Origin: Piromyces finnis finn
Taxonomy: Eukaryota; Fungi; Neocallimastigomycota
Length of the DNA stretch: 64,000 nucleotides
NCBI GenBank assembly: GCA_002104945.1
Contig: MCFH01000060.1
Coordinates: 248,001-312,000 of the forward strand
Direction: 5' to 3'
Position numbers and translations under genes: made by a program. Position 1 is the stretch's first letter. Every line of letters starts with the position of its first letter. Positions 1 through 12,960 of this stretch are shown piece by piece. The notes below the pieces were generated by a model, which saw nothing but the letters and a program-made list of their open reading frames with translations, did no database searches and was not told where the DNA came from.

Positions 1-579
1 TTCTTTTTTTTCCTTCTTCTTCTTCTTCCACTTTTTTTTTTTTTTTAAATTGTTTGGTTTTTTTTTCCAAAAAACTTTCAACTAAAAAAAAAAAAACGGA
101 AAAAAGGTGGAAATTTTTAAATTAAAAAACAAAATAATAATTAAAATTTTAAATTAATTTTTTTTGTATGCGGAATAATTTTTTTAAAAAAAAAAAAAAA
201 GAAATGGAAAAAGTAGTAAAATGTTAATAAAAAAAAACAAAAAAATTGTTTTTTTGTTTTTAATAATAGAAAATGTTATAAAACTTTTATTATACACCAA
301 AAAAAGTTTTTATTTTTCTAAAAAAAAAAAAAAAGTTAAACATTTAAATAAATTATATTTTTTATTTGTAATTGAAATGAATATTAGATTAGGAATACAA
401 ATCAACTAGTTACTTTATTTTATTATAAAATTATGGTTTATAACTTTACAAATTATAGAAATAATTGTAAAAATAAAAATAATTACAATAAAAATAAACC
501 ATTTTTTATACTTTTTATAAAACTTATATTAATAATTTAAAATTATATTTTACAAATAATACTAGTTAATTTTATGTAT

Positions 580-1530
580 CTATGGATTAATATCTTATTA
601 ATTAAAAAAACATATAAATAGAAATAGTTTTGAAAGATGAATAGATAGATCCGTTTAAATTTCTTTTTAATAATAAATAAGGTTTACTAAGAATATTTGA
701 TTTTAATAGTTCTATGGATGTTTTACATGGATAATAATAAAGAATAAAAATGAGGATTTATATATTACACATAATGGATTGTATTGTTTAACAAATGCTC
801 ATCTACCCGCAATTAATACTTTATTTATCTGATGTTTTTGATTCATGTGTAAATTTTTTAAGTTATCATCCAACAGAAACTGTTATGATGCATTTAAAAA
901 ATGATGCCGTACCAAAAAATTTTGAAAAAAAAAAAAAGTGATAATTATAAAACAATAATGGAAAAAGTTGAAAACTGTATTAGTAAATATAAAGATTATT
1001 TTTATATTGATAATTTTATGCCAAAACTTGGTGATGTTAGAGGTAAAATTGGTATTCTTACACGTGAATAATATTTGGGACTTAAAATGCCAGTAAAAGA
1101 TATGGTGTGCATGACATGTTTATAATAATAAACAGAAAGATAATGATTATTGTCTTGTATATAAATCATTTAATTATTTAGTTTATAGGAATTAACACTA
1201 ATAAATATGAATCTTTAGAATGTAATTATATGATTCAAGATGCTTATAATTTAGATAGTCCTGAAAAATGGGATCTTATATATATATTTCATTAACAAAT
1301 AACTTACATTCTACTTGTGAAGTAAAAAAATCCAATCTTAGTTTAAATTTCATGAATGTAACGAGAATGGATCTTGATAATGGGTTTTGGAATGCTGTTG
1401 GAGATTTCTTTTTTTTGATACTGATATAGAAGAATCGGCAAATTATATAAATATTAGGTTTCATGTGAAATTGTATAAATAAAAGAATAATTAGTAATAA
1501 TTATTTCATATGGATTGATTTCATGAAAAA
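580..1530 (+). pseudogene. Decayed bacterial-type PI-PLC X-domain (PLC-like phosphodiesterase) gene
   Basis: Manual translation gives fragments broken by stops and frameshifts: EDLYITHNGLYCLT (~752), YLSDVFDSCVNFLSYHPTETVMMHLKND (~825-905), YFYIDNFMPKLGDVRGKIGILTRE* (961-1071), MIQDAYNLDSPEKW (~1230) and NLSLNFMNV (~1335). They occur in the order and style of PI-PLC X-box motifs (HPxETV, PxLGxVRGKI, xQDxY). Boundaries are approximate. Confidence 0.65.
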
Positions 1531-1671
1531 AAATATTTATTTAAGGAATAATAATGAATTCTATAATTATATTCTATTTTATTTTATTCTATTTTATTAT
1601 ATTACATTTAAAAGTCTTAAAAAAAATATAGCAAAAGATGAAGATAACTTTTGTTTTATAACAATTAATAT

Positions 1672-4425
1672 TCATAAAATTCTTCTTCTTATGGTTTTAA
1701 TTATATTTTTGGATAACCTTTTTTTTTTAGAAAGGTTTTTGGGTTTTTTATCGCTTATTTTTAGAATGGATTTTATTTTTTTCAATACTTTTTTTATTAG
1801 AGTTTCTTTTTTATTTGTATCTTGACTTTTAGTAATAGCATAATTTGAAGAATTTTTAGTATTAAGAGTGTTATTTATATCATTATCATTATTTTCATCA
1901 TAGATAGATATAATATATTCATCCCTATTGATAGTATTTTCTGGTTTATCCATTTTGTTAGATTGATTGTTATTATACGATATGATATTGGTTTTGGTTT
2001 TATTTGCTTTCTTTTCATTGCCAACAACAACAACAACAACGTCATCATCATCAACATTATCAATAATAACGTTGTCATTATGACTATTTTTATTATTATC
2101 ATTATTATTGTAACTATTCGATAGGGATATGTTTATTTTCTTATTAGTACCAACATTACTATCAATTTGGTGAAGATGTTGATTTGATTCTACTGATTTT
2201 ATGGCCAATGATTTTTCACCTTCTTCAGTAATATATTTACTATGATCCTCTTCTTTTCTAGTATCGTCAATATTATCATCCATTTCAATAATATGAATAT
2301 TGGACTCTATAGTTTCTTCTTCCTTTAAGCTGCCTTCTTCATCAGTAATAGATTCAGCATTATTAATGGTATCAATGATTTCAATGATTTCACATCTTAC
2401 ATCATAGTTATCATTACATAGCTTTATACTATCTTCAATATTCTTTTTATGCTTTTCATATTCCTCCTTACTTGCATTATAGTTATAGTTCACAAAATTA
2501 ATTTCTGAGGAGCACAGATCTATTATATAATTTTTATAATCTGTTATTATTTTATTAACCTTTTCTTTTTGGAAAAGGATTCTTTGAAGGACTAAAAGAT
2601 CTATACCCAAATGATTAGGGTATAAATCCTTTTCCTCTTTAAGATCATTAAATTTAATTAATTCCAAATGTTGCATAATTTTCTTTTGACAGGCTTCATT
2701 GTTACTAAGATTCCCAACGATTAATTCAGTGATAGCATCATTTAAATTTTGTATATTTTTCGAAATATGTTGATCGATAATTCTTTCAGTTTTAAATTTT
2801 TTTCTAATTCCAATAGCAAGCTCTTGAAGACTGGACATAGATTTTATTCTATCCTTTTCGATCATTTCATCACTATCAAACATTTTCAAATTTGATTTAA
2901 TACTGTTTTCTTCAGTATTTAATAATTTTATATTTTCTTTTTTAATATCTCTTATAACTCTTCCTTTGTAAATATCCACTGTTAAAATACCATTTTCATC
3001 GATATATAGGTTAATAAAAATATTAATTATACAAGAGCTAGGCTCTTTGATGGGAAATGAATTTATACTATTTAGTAAACTTCCTTCATATATGGAATAG
3101 GATAAGAACATTGATTTGTTTTGTGGATTATAATCTACAGTAAAATGTTTATTATTTTCCGTTGGGATGGTAGAGTTACGTTTAATAATTGTACTTTTAT
3201 ATCCATTTTTAGTTTTTACACTTAAAGAATAAGGAATAATTTCAGATAGGGTAAAATTTTGTAAGCTATCCAAGGCATTTCCAGAAAGAATGGCTGCTTG
3301 TATTGTGGCTCCATTAACAACGGCTTCATCTAAATTAACTGTTTTATTTATTGGTTTTCCATTAAAATAGGATGATATTATTTCTTGAATTATCGGAATA
3401 CGAGTTGAACCACCTACAATAACAAGTTCATCAACATCACTTGTTTTTAATCCGGAGTCCTTAACAACCCGATCAAGTATTTCTTTAATTCTATCAAATA
3501 ATGAAGCATTCAGTTCTTTAAATTCGCTACGAGTTATTTTTTTTGAAAAATCAAAAGGTTCTTCTTGAAATAAATCTTCAACATTAATAATAGTGTCTTT
3601 AAATGATGTAAGATTACATTTAGCCTTTTCACATGCATTTCTTAATTTAAGTAATGATTTTCGATTAGTAGAAATATCAATTTGATATTCTCTTTTGATT
3701 TCTCCAATGAGATAACCAACAAGGTTATTTGTCAGATCTTCACCACCCAAGTGAGTGTCACCTCCGGTTGCCATGACTTTAAAAGAGCTACCATTTTGAA
3801 TATCTATGATAGAAACATCAAATGTTCCACCCCCAAGATCAGCAATTAATATTTTTTGATTTTTAGTATTATTGTTAAGAACATAATTTATGGCAGCAGC
3901 AGTAGGTTCATTAATAATTCTTAAAACATTTAAACCAGCCAATTTTCCAGCATCTAAAGTTGCTCTCCTTTGAGAATCGTTGAAATTAGCAGGAACAGAG
4001 ATAACAGCATCAGTTATAGTTTTATTTAAATAATCTTCGACAATACTTTTTATTTTTGAAATAAGCATAACATATATTTCATCTGGAGTAAGTAACATTT
4101 CTTCATTTTTATAATTTATTTTAAAATAAGGTTTTCCATTTTCTTCAGTGACGTTGAAAGTTAAATAGTTTAATTTATTTTGAATTTCTTCAAATGAACG
4201 TCCTATAAATCTTTTAACTCCATAAATAGTATTTTCAGGTTTTATTCTTGCTTTATCAAAAGCTTCTTTACCAAATAATCGTACATTTTCACAAAACGAT
4301 ACGTAGGATGGCATTGAACGGTTAAAATATATTTCAATAACTTCTACATGATTATTTTCCCAAATACCAACACGGATTTCAGTAGTTCCAAAATCAATCC
4401 CAATAACAAAGTTTTTTTTTGTCAT
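1672..4425 (-). CDS. Hsp70-family protein, 917 aa, intronless. Intact ATPase domain, divergent substrate-binding region, long low-complexity C-terminal tail, no EEVD.
   Basis: ORF motifs GIDFGTT, TDAVISVPANFNDSQRRAT, LRIINEPTAAA, DLGGGTFDVS, GDTHLGGED, VGGSTRIP and DEAVVNGA. Confidence 0.93.
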   Translation of the reverse strand: MTKKNFVIGIDFGTTEIRVGIWENNHVEVIEIYFNRSMPSYVSFCENVRLFGKEAFDKARIKPENTIYGVKRFIGRSFEEIQNKLNYLTFNVTEENGKPYFKINYKNEEMLLTPDEIYVMLISKIKSIVEDYLNKTITDAVISVPANFNDSQRRATLDAGKLAGLNVLRIINEPTAAAINYVLNNNTKNQKILIADLGGGTFDVSIIDIQNGSSFKVMATGGDTHLGGEDLTNNLVGYLIGEIKREYQIDISTNRKSLLKLRNACEKAKCNLTSFKDTIINVEDLFQEEPFDFSKKITRSEFKELNASLFDRIKEILDRVVKDSGLKTSDVDELVIVGGSTRIPIIQEIISSYFNGKPINKTVNLDEAVVNGATIQAAILSGNALDSLQNFTLSEIIPYSLSVKTKNGYKSTIIKRNSTIPTENNKHFTVDYNPQNKSMFLSYSIYEGSLLNSINSFPIKEPSSCIINIFINLYIDENGILTVDIYKGRVIRDIKKENIKLLNTEENSIKSNLKMFDSDEMIEKDRIKSMSSLQELAIGIRKKFKTERIIDQHISKNIQNLNDAITELIVGNLSNNEACQKKIMQHLELIKFNDLKEEKDLYPNHLGIDLLVLQRILFQKEKVNKIITDYKNYIIDLCSSEINFVNYNYNASKEEYEKHKKNIEDSIKLCNDNYDVRCEIIEIIDTINNAESITDEEGSLKEEETIESNIHIIEMDDNIDDTRKEEDHSKYITEEGEKSLAIKSVESNQHLHQIDSNVGTNKKINISLSNSYNNNDNNKNSHNDNVIIDNVDDDDVVVVVVGNEKKANKTKTNIISYNNNQSNKMDKPENTINRDEYIISIYDENNDNDINNTLNTKNSSNYAITKSQDTNKKETLIKKVLKKIKSILKISDKKPKNLSKKKRLSKNIIKTIRRRIL

Positions 4426-5261
4426 ACTATATATTTATTTTTTTAATAATATTTAATTATACTTTGTGTTTTAAAGGCTATTATTATAAAGATTGTTTAA
4501 ATTTGAAATTAAATTTGAAAAAAAAAAAAAAAGAAAACTTTTATTTTATATAAAACCATTTATTAATATTTTTAAAAATGTCTAGTTTTTTAATATTTAT
4601 TTAATCTTCCAATAAAAATTAAAAAATCAAATTAAAAAAAAAATTAATTATAAAAATGGATATACCTTTTTTTTTTTTTTATCAAAACTTAGTCAACGGT
4701 TTTTAATGTCTTTTTTTATTAAATAAAAAAGAAAATATAAATTTGATATATACATTGGATATATTAGACAAAAAAGTATTTATTAAAGTGTGTGTTTTAT
4801 GTTGTACTAATAGTACAATATTAACTGTTTATTTACTTATTTTTTATTAAACAGAAAAAACTATTTCGAAAAAAAGAAACTTTCTTAATTAAAATTATTG
4901 TATTTAAAAAAATAAAATTTAATTGGACACAAAGGAAGAAGTACACCTTCAAATTTTAATTTTATTATTTTATTTTATGCAAAAAAAAAAAAAGTAAAAT
5001 ATAAATGATGATTTCACTCGTAATTCTTCTTTAAAAATAATAGAGTTTATGATTAAAAGAATAAAAAAATAATAATATTGATTATTATATGAATAAAAAA
5101 AATTGTTTTAATAATTATGGTTTAACGATTTATCTTTACATTATATAAATATATTATATTTCTTTATAATAATGAAAAATGATTTTAAAATATATATAAT
5201 ATAGTTATAACAAATATAGTTTTTAATAATATATCTTTTTTATACAAATATTTTTATTTAT

Positions 5262-5780
5262 TTACCAACCACCAAAACCACCGGGTCCTCTATTATTATA
5301 TTTCATTTGATTTTGAGGATTTCCATAAATATTTTGTGGTGGTAATGGAGTTTGTTGGTAAATATTTTGACCATAGATATTTGGATTAGGTTGATTGGAA
5401 TAGTTAATTTGGGAAGTCTTTTGCTTCTTAACCTTCTTCTTTTTCTTTAATTGTTTACGAAGCAACCAAACAACAGCTCCACCAATTAAAAGTTTCTTAC
5501 CGATACCACGTTCACCGGTAGCAGGTTCAATTAAACCTCTATTTTGAGCTTCTTCAGTGGTTAAGATAGTACCATCTTCATCTTCAATATAATCCCCATC
5601 ATCATCCGTAATATATTCATATTCACTTTCATCATCCGCACCATTATAATTGTTATAAGTATTATAGGTATTGTTGAAACCACCTGGTTGTGGCATTTGA
5701 TAACCTCCTTGTGGCATTTGGTAACCTCCATATGGTGGTTGTGGTGGGAATCCACCTTCTGGTTGTGGCATTTGGTACAT
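5262..5780 (-). CDS. Orphan Pro/Gly/Gln-rich protein with acidic EYEY core, Gly-rich hydrophobic helix and polybasic patch (paralogue of 7570-8190)
   Basis: The 172-aa ORF shares a near-identical ~70-aa core (EYEYITDDDGDYIEDEDG...QNRGLxEPATGERGIGKKLLIGGAV...LRKQLKKKKKVKKQK) with the neighbour, with many synonymous differences. Confidence 0.8.
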   Translation of the reverse strand: MYQMPQPEGGFPPQPPYGGYQMPQGGYQMPQPGGFNNTYNTYNNYNGADDESEYEYITDDDGDYIEDEDGTILTTEEAQNRGLIEPATGERGIGKKLLIGGAVVWLLRKQLKKKKKVKKQKTSQINYSNQPNPNIYGQNIYQQTPLPPQNIYGNPQNQMKYNNRGPGGFGGW

Positions 5781-6349
5781 GATTATTTTTTTTTATATTG
5801 TTTATTTAACTTGTTTGAAAAAAAGAAGAAAGAAATATTTAAAGCAAATTATACTTTTTATAAAAAAAAACTAATGATTAATGAATTAATGGCTATTTTA
5901 ATTTTAATATTTTAATCGTTATTTAATATTAGTTCCTCTCCAAAAAAAAAAAAATTGACTCTATTTATAGTAAAAAAAAGGTGAAACCATCCTTTATTAA
6001 AAAAAAATTAAAAATTACCAATAATAATAATTATTTTTTTTTTAATTCATATGAATATTTTTTTAAAAAATAAAAAAAAAAAAAAGAAATGTGTGTAATT
6101 ACTAAAAATAATATTAAATAATATTAAATAATCATTATTATTAAATATTAATACTATTCCTATTTCGATTATTCTAATTATTAAATATTAATCTTTTTTC
6201 TTATTATTATATTAAAAATAAAATGGTAATAATAATAAATCAATTTATATTATTAATTATTTAATTATTAAAAATACCAGTTTTAATATTCTCTATGTTT
6301 TAATATTATATTATAGTGAACCATTTTTTATTAATGAAAACTATTATTA

Positions 6350-6760
<411 letters not shown>

Positions 6761-7569
6761 TAACTTTAATATTCTTGTCTTTTGTTCTTTATTTTAAAAT
6801 ATTTTATTTTAAATTGTTACTGCCGAGGTTCCGTTTTTTTTAGCCGTCAATAAAAGAATTTTCTATAGAACATAGAACAAAAAAAATTATGGCTTGACTC
6901 TCCTAAAATTTTTCTTTTGACAGCTTAAAAAAAAAGGTTTTGACAGATTTTAAAAAAGAAAGTATTACCACCATTAAAGAGAATATTATTTTAATAGTAA
7001 AAAGGAATTATTACTACTTTTTTCTTTATTATATCTAACAAAAAAAAACATTTTTTACAAATACTTTATAATTTTTAATCCTTCTTTTTCTCTTGAATAA
7101 ACTTTTATTATTTTTTCATTATCCTCTTTTTTTTTTTTTTTTTTTTTAAATAGTTTAATCCAAGGCATACTATTAAAGATATAATCATGAACTATCACAA
7201 ACTATTATTAATAAAATATTATTTATAAAAAGAATATGAAACATACCCTTTTTTCAAAAAAAAATAATATTTTTTGATGAATAATTAAAAAAAACACATA
7301 AAAGAAATAAAATATAATAAAATCTTTTTATATATAATCTTGATAATACTTATATATATTACTTTTATAATTATTACTTTTTTTATTTTATATTATTTTT
7401 TTTTTTTTTTTTTGTTTTGTTTTGGATTTTTTTTTACAAATAGTTTAAAAAAATTTTATTGGTATAGTTATTATTAATAATAATAATTAAATCTTGTTTT
7501 TTTTTTGTTTTCTTTCAACTGTTGTAAAAAAAAAAAAAAAAACCTTGATATAAAATACTTAGTAAAAAT

Positions 7570-8190
7570 TTACCAACGTGGTGGTGGTGGACCACCATAT
7601 CCATTAAATGGACCACCAAAACCACCTGGAGCTGGAGCACCTCTATTATATTGTGGTGGTGCACCATAAAGATTTTGTTGTTGATAACCTCCTCCTTGTT
7701 GACCATAAATATTTTGACCATATATATTTGGTTGTTGTGGTTGTTGTGGTTGTTGTTGGTAGGTTGTTGTTTGATTTTGTTTTTGCTTCTTAACCTTCTT
7801 CTTTTTCTTTAATTGTTTACGAAGCATCCAAACTCCACCAATAACGGCTCCACCAATTAAAAGTTTCTTACCAATACCACGTTCACCGGTAGCTGGTTCA
7901 ACTAAACCTCTATTTTGAGCTTCTTGAATAGTTAAAATGGAACCATCTTCATCTTCAATGTAATCTCCATCATCATCAGTGATATATTCATATTCACTAT
8001 CATCACCATTATTTGGTGGTGGAGCACCATAACTATTATTGTAACCACCATTAAAACCTCCATTAAAACCTCCTGGTGGTGGTGGACCTGGTGGTGGGTA
8101 ACCACCGCCATAGCCGCCTCCATAGCCGCCTCCAAAACCTTGTGGTGGTGGATAACCACCTCCTCCTCCTGGGAATGGCATTTGATACAT
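7570..8190 (-). CDS. Orphan Pro/Gly/Gln-rich protein (paralogue of 5262-5780)
   Basis: 206-aa ORF with the same start (MYQMP), same core and same terminal Trp as the neighbour. GC-enriched coding island in AT-rich flanks. Confidence 0.8.
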   Translation of the reverse strand: MYQMPFPGGGGGYPPPQGFGGGYGGGYGGGYPPPGPPPPGGFNGGFNGGYNNSYGAPPPNNGDDSEYEYITDDDGDYIEDEDGSILTIQEAQNRGLVEPATGERGIGKKLLIGGAVIGGVWMLRKQLKKKKKVKKQKQNQTTTYQQQPQQPQQPNIYGQNIYGQQGGGYQQQNLYGAPPQYNRGAPAPGGFGGPFNGYGGPPPPRW

Positions 8191-10394
8191 TTTTTATTTA
8201 ATTAGTTGTTGTTAAACTTTTTTTATATATAAAGAATTAATATTTATTAATAAAAAAATTAAACAATAATAATAAAATTTTTTTAAAAAAAAAAGAGTAA
8301 AAAAAAAAGTATTTTTATATCTTTTTTTTAATTTGTCATTAATTTGTAATAGAATGAACAAATAATTTTTTTTTCTTTACTTTACTAGTAATCAAAGTTA
8401 TTCTAATTCCTTCTTAAAATAAAATATATATATAATAATAATAATGTATATATAATGTATGTTTTATTTTGGGAAGGAATTTAATTGATGATGATATACT
8501 ATAGGATATTCTATAGGAATAAGACTTTTTTTTATTTATTTTTAGAAACAATTTATTTTTTATTAAAACAGAAAGTTCACTTTATTCGAAAACTCATCAT
8601 AAGACAAGATAACAAATTAAATTATAAATAATATATTCCAATAATGGATTTATTTATATATATTAGTTGTTAAATAATATTTTAAAAAAAGCAACAACAA
8701 CTCCCTCTCCTTCAAAATACAAAATTAAGTCCCTATTAATTACAATAAAGCTTAAAAAAAATATTATCCATAAATATTTATAAATGCTCTATTCAAAAAA
8801 GTACACTACTAACAAAAAAAAAAAATTAGACTATTTCAATACATAACAATAAATCCAGATTAATGACCTTTTTTTTTAAATAATGTATTGAAATAAAATA
8901 AAATAAAAAACCATAAATAAAATATTTTAAAAAAAAAAATAGGTACTAATTTATATATCAAATCATTTCAGTTATTTCTAGTCTAACAACTACGCATTAA
9001 TAAATAAAACATTTTATTACATTTTTACATTTCATTTTAAACCCAAAATTCAATTTTAATTTTTTATTATTATTCATTTTAGAGGAACCTTTTTTTTTAA
9101 AAAAAAAAAAATATAGAGAATAACCAAAATAACCAAAAGAGAGAAAAAAAAAGATTAATTCTTACTTATATACATTTTTTTTTAATTAGTTTTTTTCTTA
9201 TTAATTATTTACTATTAATCTATTTTTAATAATTAACAAAAACATCATTCATTATTCTTAACCACTTTATAGTTAATTTAAAATGCTTTTTAATTGTTTT
9301 GTTTTTGTTTGTGTTTGTTTAATAATTGCATATTTATCAAAATTAAAAAATTAATTAATACCAAATATTTTTATTATTATTATTATTATTTATTATTATT
9401 ATTAATTCACCTTCTCTTTATTAATTTTACTATTATTTATTAATATTTATTAATCACTATAATTATACTTTTCATATTTTAGCTCTATTTTAGTCTAGAT
9501 TTTAAAACCATTATAAATTTCATCTCAACCTTATTCTATGAATAGCATAATTAATAAAATTCTAAAAGAATCACAGGGCCACATTAAAAACAAAACTCTA
9601 ATAATTTTATAATTTTTAATTATATAAAGTTTATTTCATAACTTTTCTTCTCCCTTTTTTTTTTCATTCTTTCATTCATGAATGAATGACTTTTTCAATT
9701 GAATCTTTATAAAAAAATTAGTATTAAACTACACATGTTATTTTGAATTATTCTTATTATTTAATAAATGTCTATACGGCTATACTTTAATTCTAATTAT
9801 CTTATTTTTTTTTATTATTTAACATACTCTTTATAAACTTTTTTTTTTTAAAGCATTAAAGTAGGTTAATTTTGATAATTTAAATAAAATAAATTAATTA
9901 TGAGTCAAAATAACAAAACCAAAATATTAATATTTTTTCTTTTTTATAATTATATTATATAAAAAAAGATATAAATGAACATTAATACTATGAATCCTTT
10001 ATTTCAATAATTAATAGGATTTATATATTTATATATATGTATATATATATATATTTAAAAAAAAAGACAAATTTTACTATTAATAAAGGTCACATTAAAC
10101 TTTTAAATTATTTATAGTATAGATTTATCTTCATCATATGCATATGTTTATATTTAATATATCATTAATTAAAAAAAATAAAAAACATCCTTCATTGCAT
10201 ATATTCATTAATGTTTAATTATTAAAATATTATTATTTAACATTATTATTAATATATTTAATTTTTTAATATAACATTATAACGTATCAATTACTCTTGT
10301 TATTTATTATTATTTGTATTATTATTAATATCATAAATACTATTATTACTATCATTTACTAGTCCTACCTATTATTCCTACCATTATTCCTTCT

Positions 10395-10635
10395 ATTACT
10401 ATTACTTTGACTATTACTTTGACAATTACTATTACTATTACTATTACTTTGACTATTACTATTACTATTACTATTACTTTGACTATTACTATTACTATTA
10501 CATTACTATTACTATTACTATTACTATTACTATTACTATTACTATTACTATTACTATTACTATTACTATTACTATTACTATTATTATTACTATTACTATT
10601 ACTATTACTATTACTATTACTATTACTGTTACTAT
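10395..10635. repeat. (ACTATT)n/(ACT)n microsatellite with a 30-bp higher-order unit
   Basis: Directly visible: ttactttgac(t/a)attactattactattactatta repeated, followed by a ttacta run. Confidence 0.9.
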
Positions 10636-12689
10636 GTATTTGTATTTAGGTATTTAGGTGTTTGTTCATTTTACCTTTTTTTAATTTTTTTAATTAATTT
10701 TTTTTAATTAAAAATTGGTTTAATTAGAATCTGAAAATTTAATTAATTTTTTTTTATTAATAAACGAATTTAAAAAGTTCATTTTTTTAATAATGAAAAG
10801 TAATAAATATATAAATGTAAAACACGATAAAACACAGTAAAAATACAGTAAAAACACAGCAAGAAATACAATTAAATACAATAATGGTTGTAATCCTTTT
10901 TTTTTATTATTATTCTTCCATTTTTTTTTAATTATGATAAATTAAAATTAAAATGAATCTTTATTTTTTTCTTTCTTTCATAATATAACCGTTAAATTAC
11001 TATTTTTTATTGAAACCTCTCTTTCTTTCCTCCTTTTCCCTTTCTTTTCACTGCAGCTTTTTACAACGTTCTTATGAATTAAAAATTGTGTACATTTTTT
11101 CATTTTTTTAATTAGGACAAATTCTAAAATTAAAGTTTTGAATGTGGAAAATTTTAAATTTTTTTTTAAATTTTCTCAAGGATTAGATTATGCAATGAGG
11201 GATGAACCACCTTTTAAAAAAAGTCAACTTGATTTAAAGGCGCTTTTTTTTTTTTTAAAAAAAAATAATAATAAAATAATAAATAATTGTTATAAGAAGA
11301 AGAAGAAGAAGAGCACAACTGATTTTTTAATTTCGATACTTTTTCCTTTACTTTTCAATTGTTATTCTTCATTACGGTTGATAGGATTTTTAATTTCATC
11401 ATGGTGTTATGAAATATAGCAACAAAAAAAGTTCTTACTTATTTCACTGTTTCTCTTCCTTTTCAGCATTTAAATATAGTTTTTCATCTCTTTTTTCTTT
11501 TTTTTTTTTAAAAAAAGCTTTCTAAACGAGGATTAAAAAGCAAAAAGACACTTTTTAAACTTCATTTCCATTCTATCTTTTTATTTTCTTTCTTCACCAC
11601 ACCTTTTTACCACAAAAATTTTCATTTTCACCACCACCACGCCTGAAATTTCTACTGCCTGAATTTACCTCCTGACCAAAAGATTCGCAGGCATACAATG
11701 AATGGTTCATAAAAAAAATTTTTAATTAATTTCTGTGTGTCATTTGTTCCTTCACAAGCTAAAAAAAAGGTCAAAATTAATATATTACTCTATATATTAT
11801 AATGTAATATGAATATATGATAAATTAATTATGGTATTATATTAATTATATTGTTTAATTATAATTTAATTATTTTACCAAAAAATTAATTTATTAAATA
11901 ATAAAAATGACCTTTCATTAATTTATGGTAATAGAATATGTTCATATATTAGAATACATTATAATATATGAATAATGATGAAACTAAACTTTAAATTATA
12001 AATAACATAAATTTCAACCAATAAAATTTAAGTAAATGAATATCCATAAAAGTCATTTTTATAATCTATTAATAATCCAACATATTAACAATATATTCAT
12101 AATAACTATACAATATATTACCAATAACTATGTGATATATTCATAATATATTAACAATACTAATGTAATAAACTAAATTTAAAAAGGTTAATTAATGCAA
12201 TAATAATGACATGGCCTAAAGTGAATTATAATATAATTATATATATTGACTCAATATATTCTAATATATATAGAATTATTAATTCATAGATTATCAATTA
12301 AAAGATAAATATAAACTGCCAATATATTACAAAATAAATTAGAATATAATAGAATAAAAACGAATATATATAAAAATAAATCAAAACATATATTAAATTT
12401 AATTCTTTAGAATGATAAAGAAGAAAAAGAATTTTTTGGTAGATGAAGGAAGGGAGGAAAGGAAAGGCAAAGGTGAAAAAAAGCCTAAAAATTTCTAGTC
12501 AATAAATCAATATATTTTAAATATAATCATAATAAATATAAAATTAAATAAAAATATATTTAATAATATATTAAAAAATAATTCATACATAATAAATAAT
12601 ATATTAAATAATAAATTGAATAATATATGGAATTAGATTGTTGGCATTTTAAAAATGGTGAAATCATTCAAGTGATTAAAAAGAGTAAA

Positions 12690-12960
12690 GTGAATGAATA
12701 AATAAATAAATAAGTAAATAAATATTAATGAATGAATGAACAAATAATAAATAAGTAAATGTGTTAATAAATATTAATGAATGAATAAATAATAAATAAG
12801 TAAATGTGTTAATAAATATTAATAAATGAATGAACAAATAATAAATAAGTAAATAGGTAAATAAATATTAATGAATGAATGAACAAATAATAAGTAAATT
12901 TATAGTAATCTATAGGAATAAATATTAATGAATGAATAAATAATAAATTAAATAAATATT
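12690..12960. repeat. AT-rich minisatellite, ~45-50 bp imperfect unit
   Basis: Unit ataaatattaatgaatgaat(gaac)aaataataaataagtaaat(gtgtta) repeated about 5-6 times. Confidence 0.75.
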
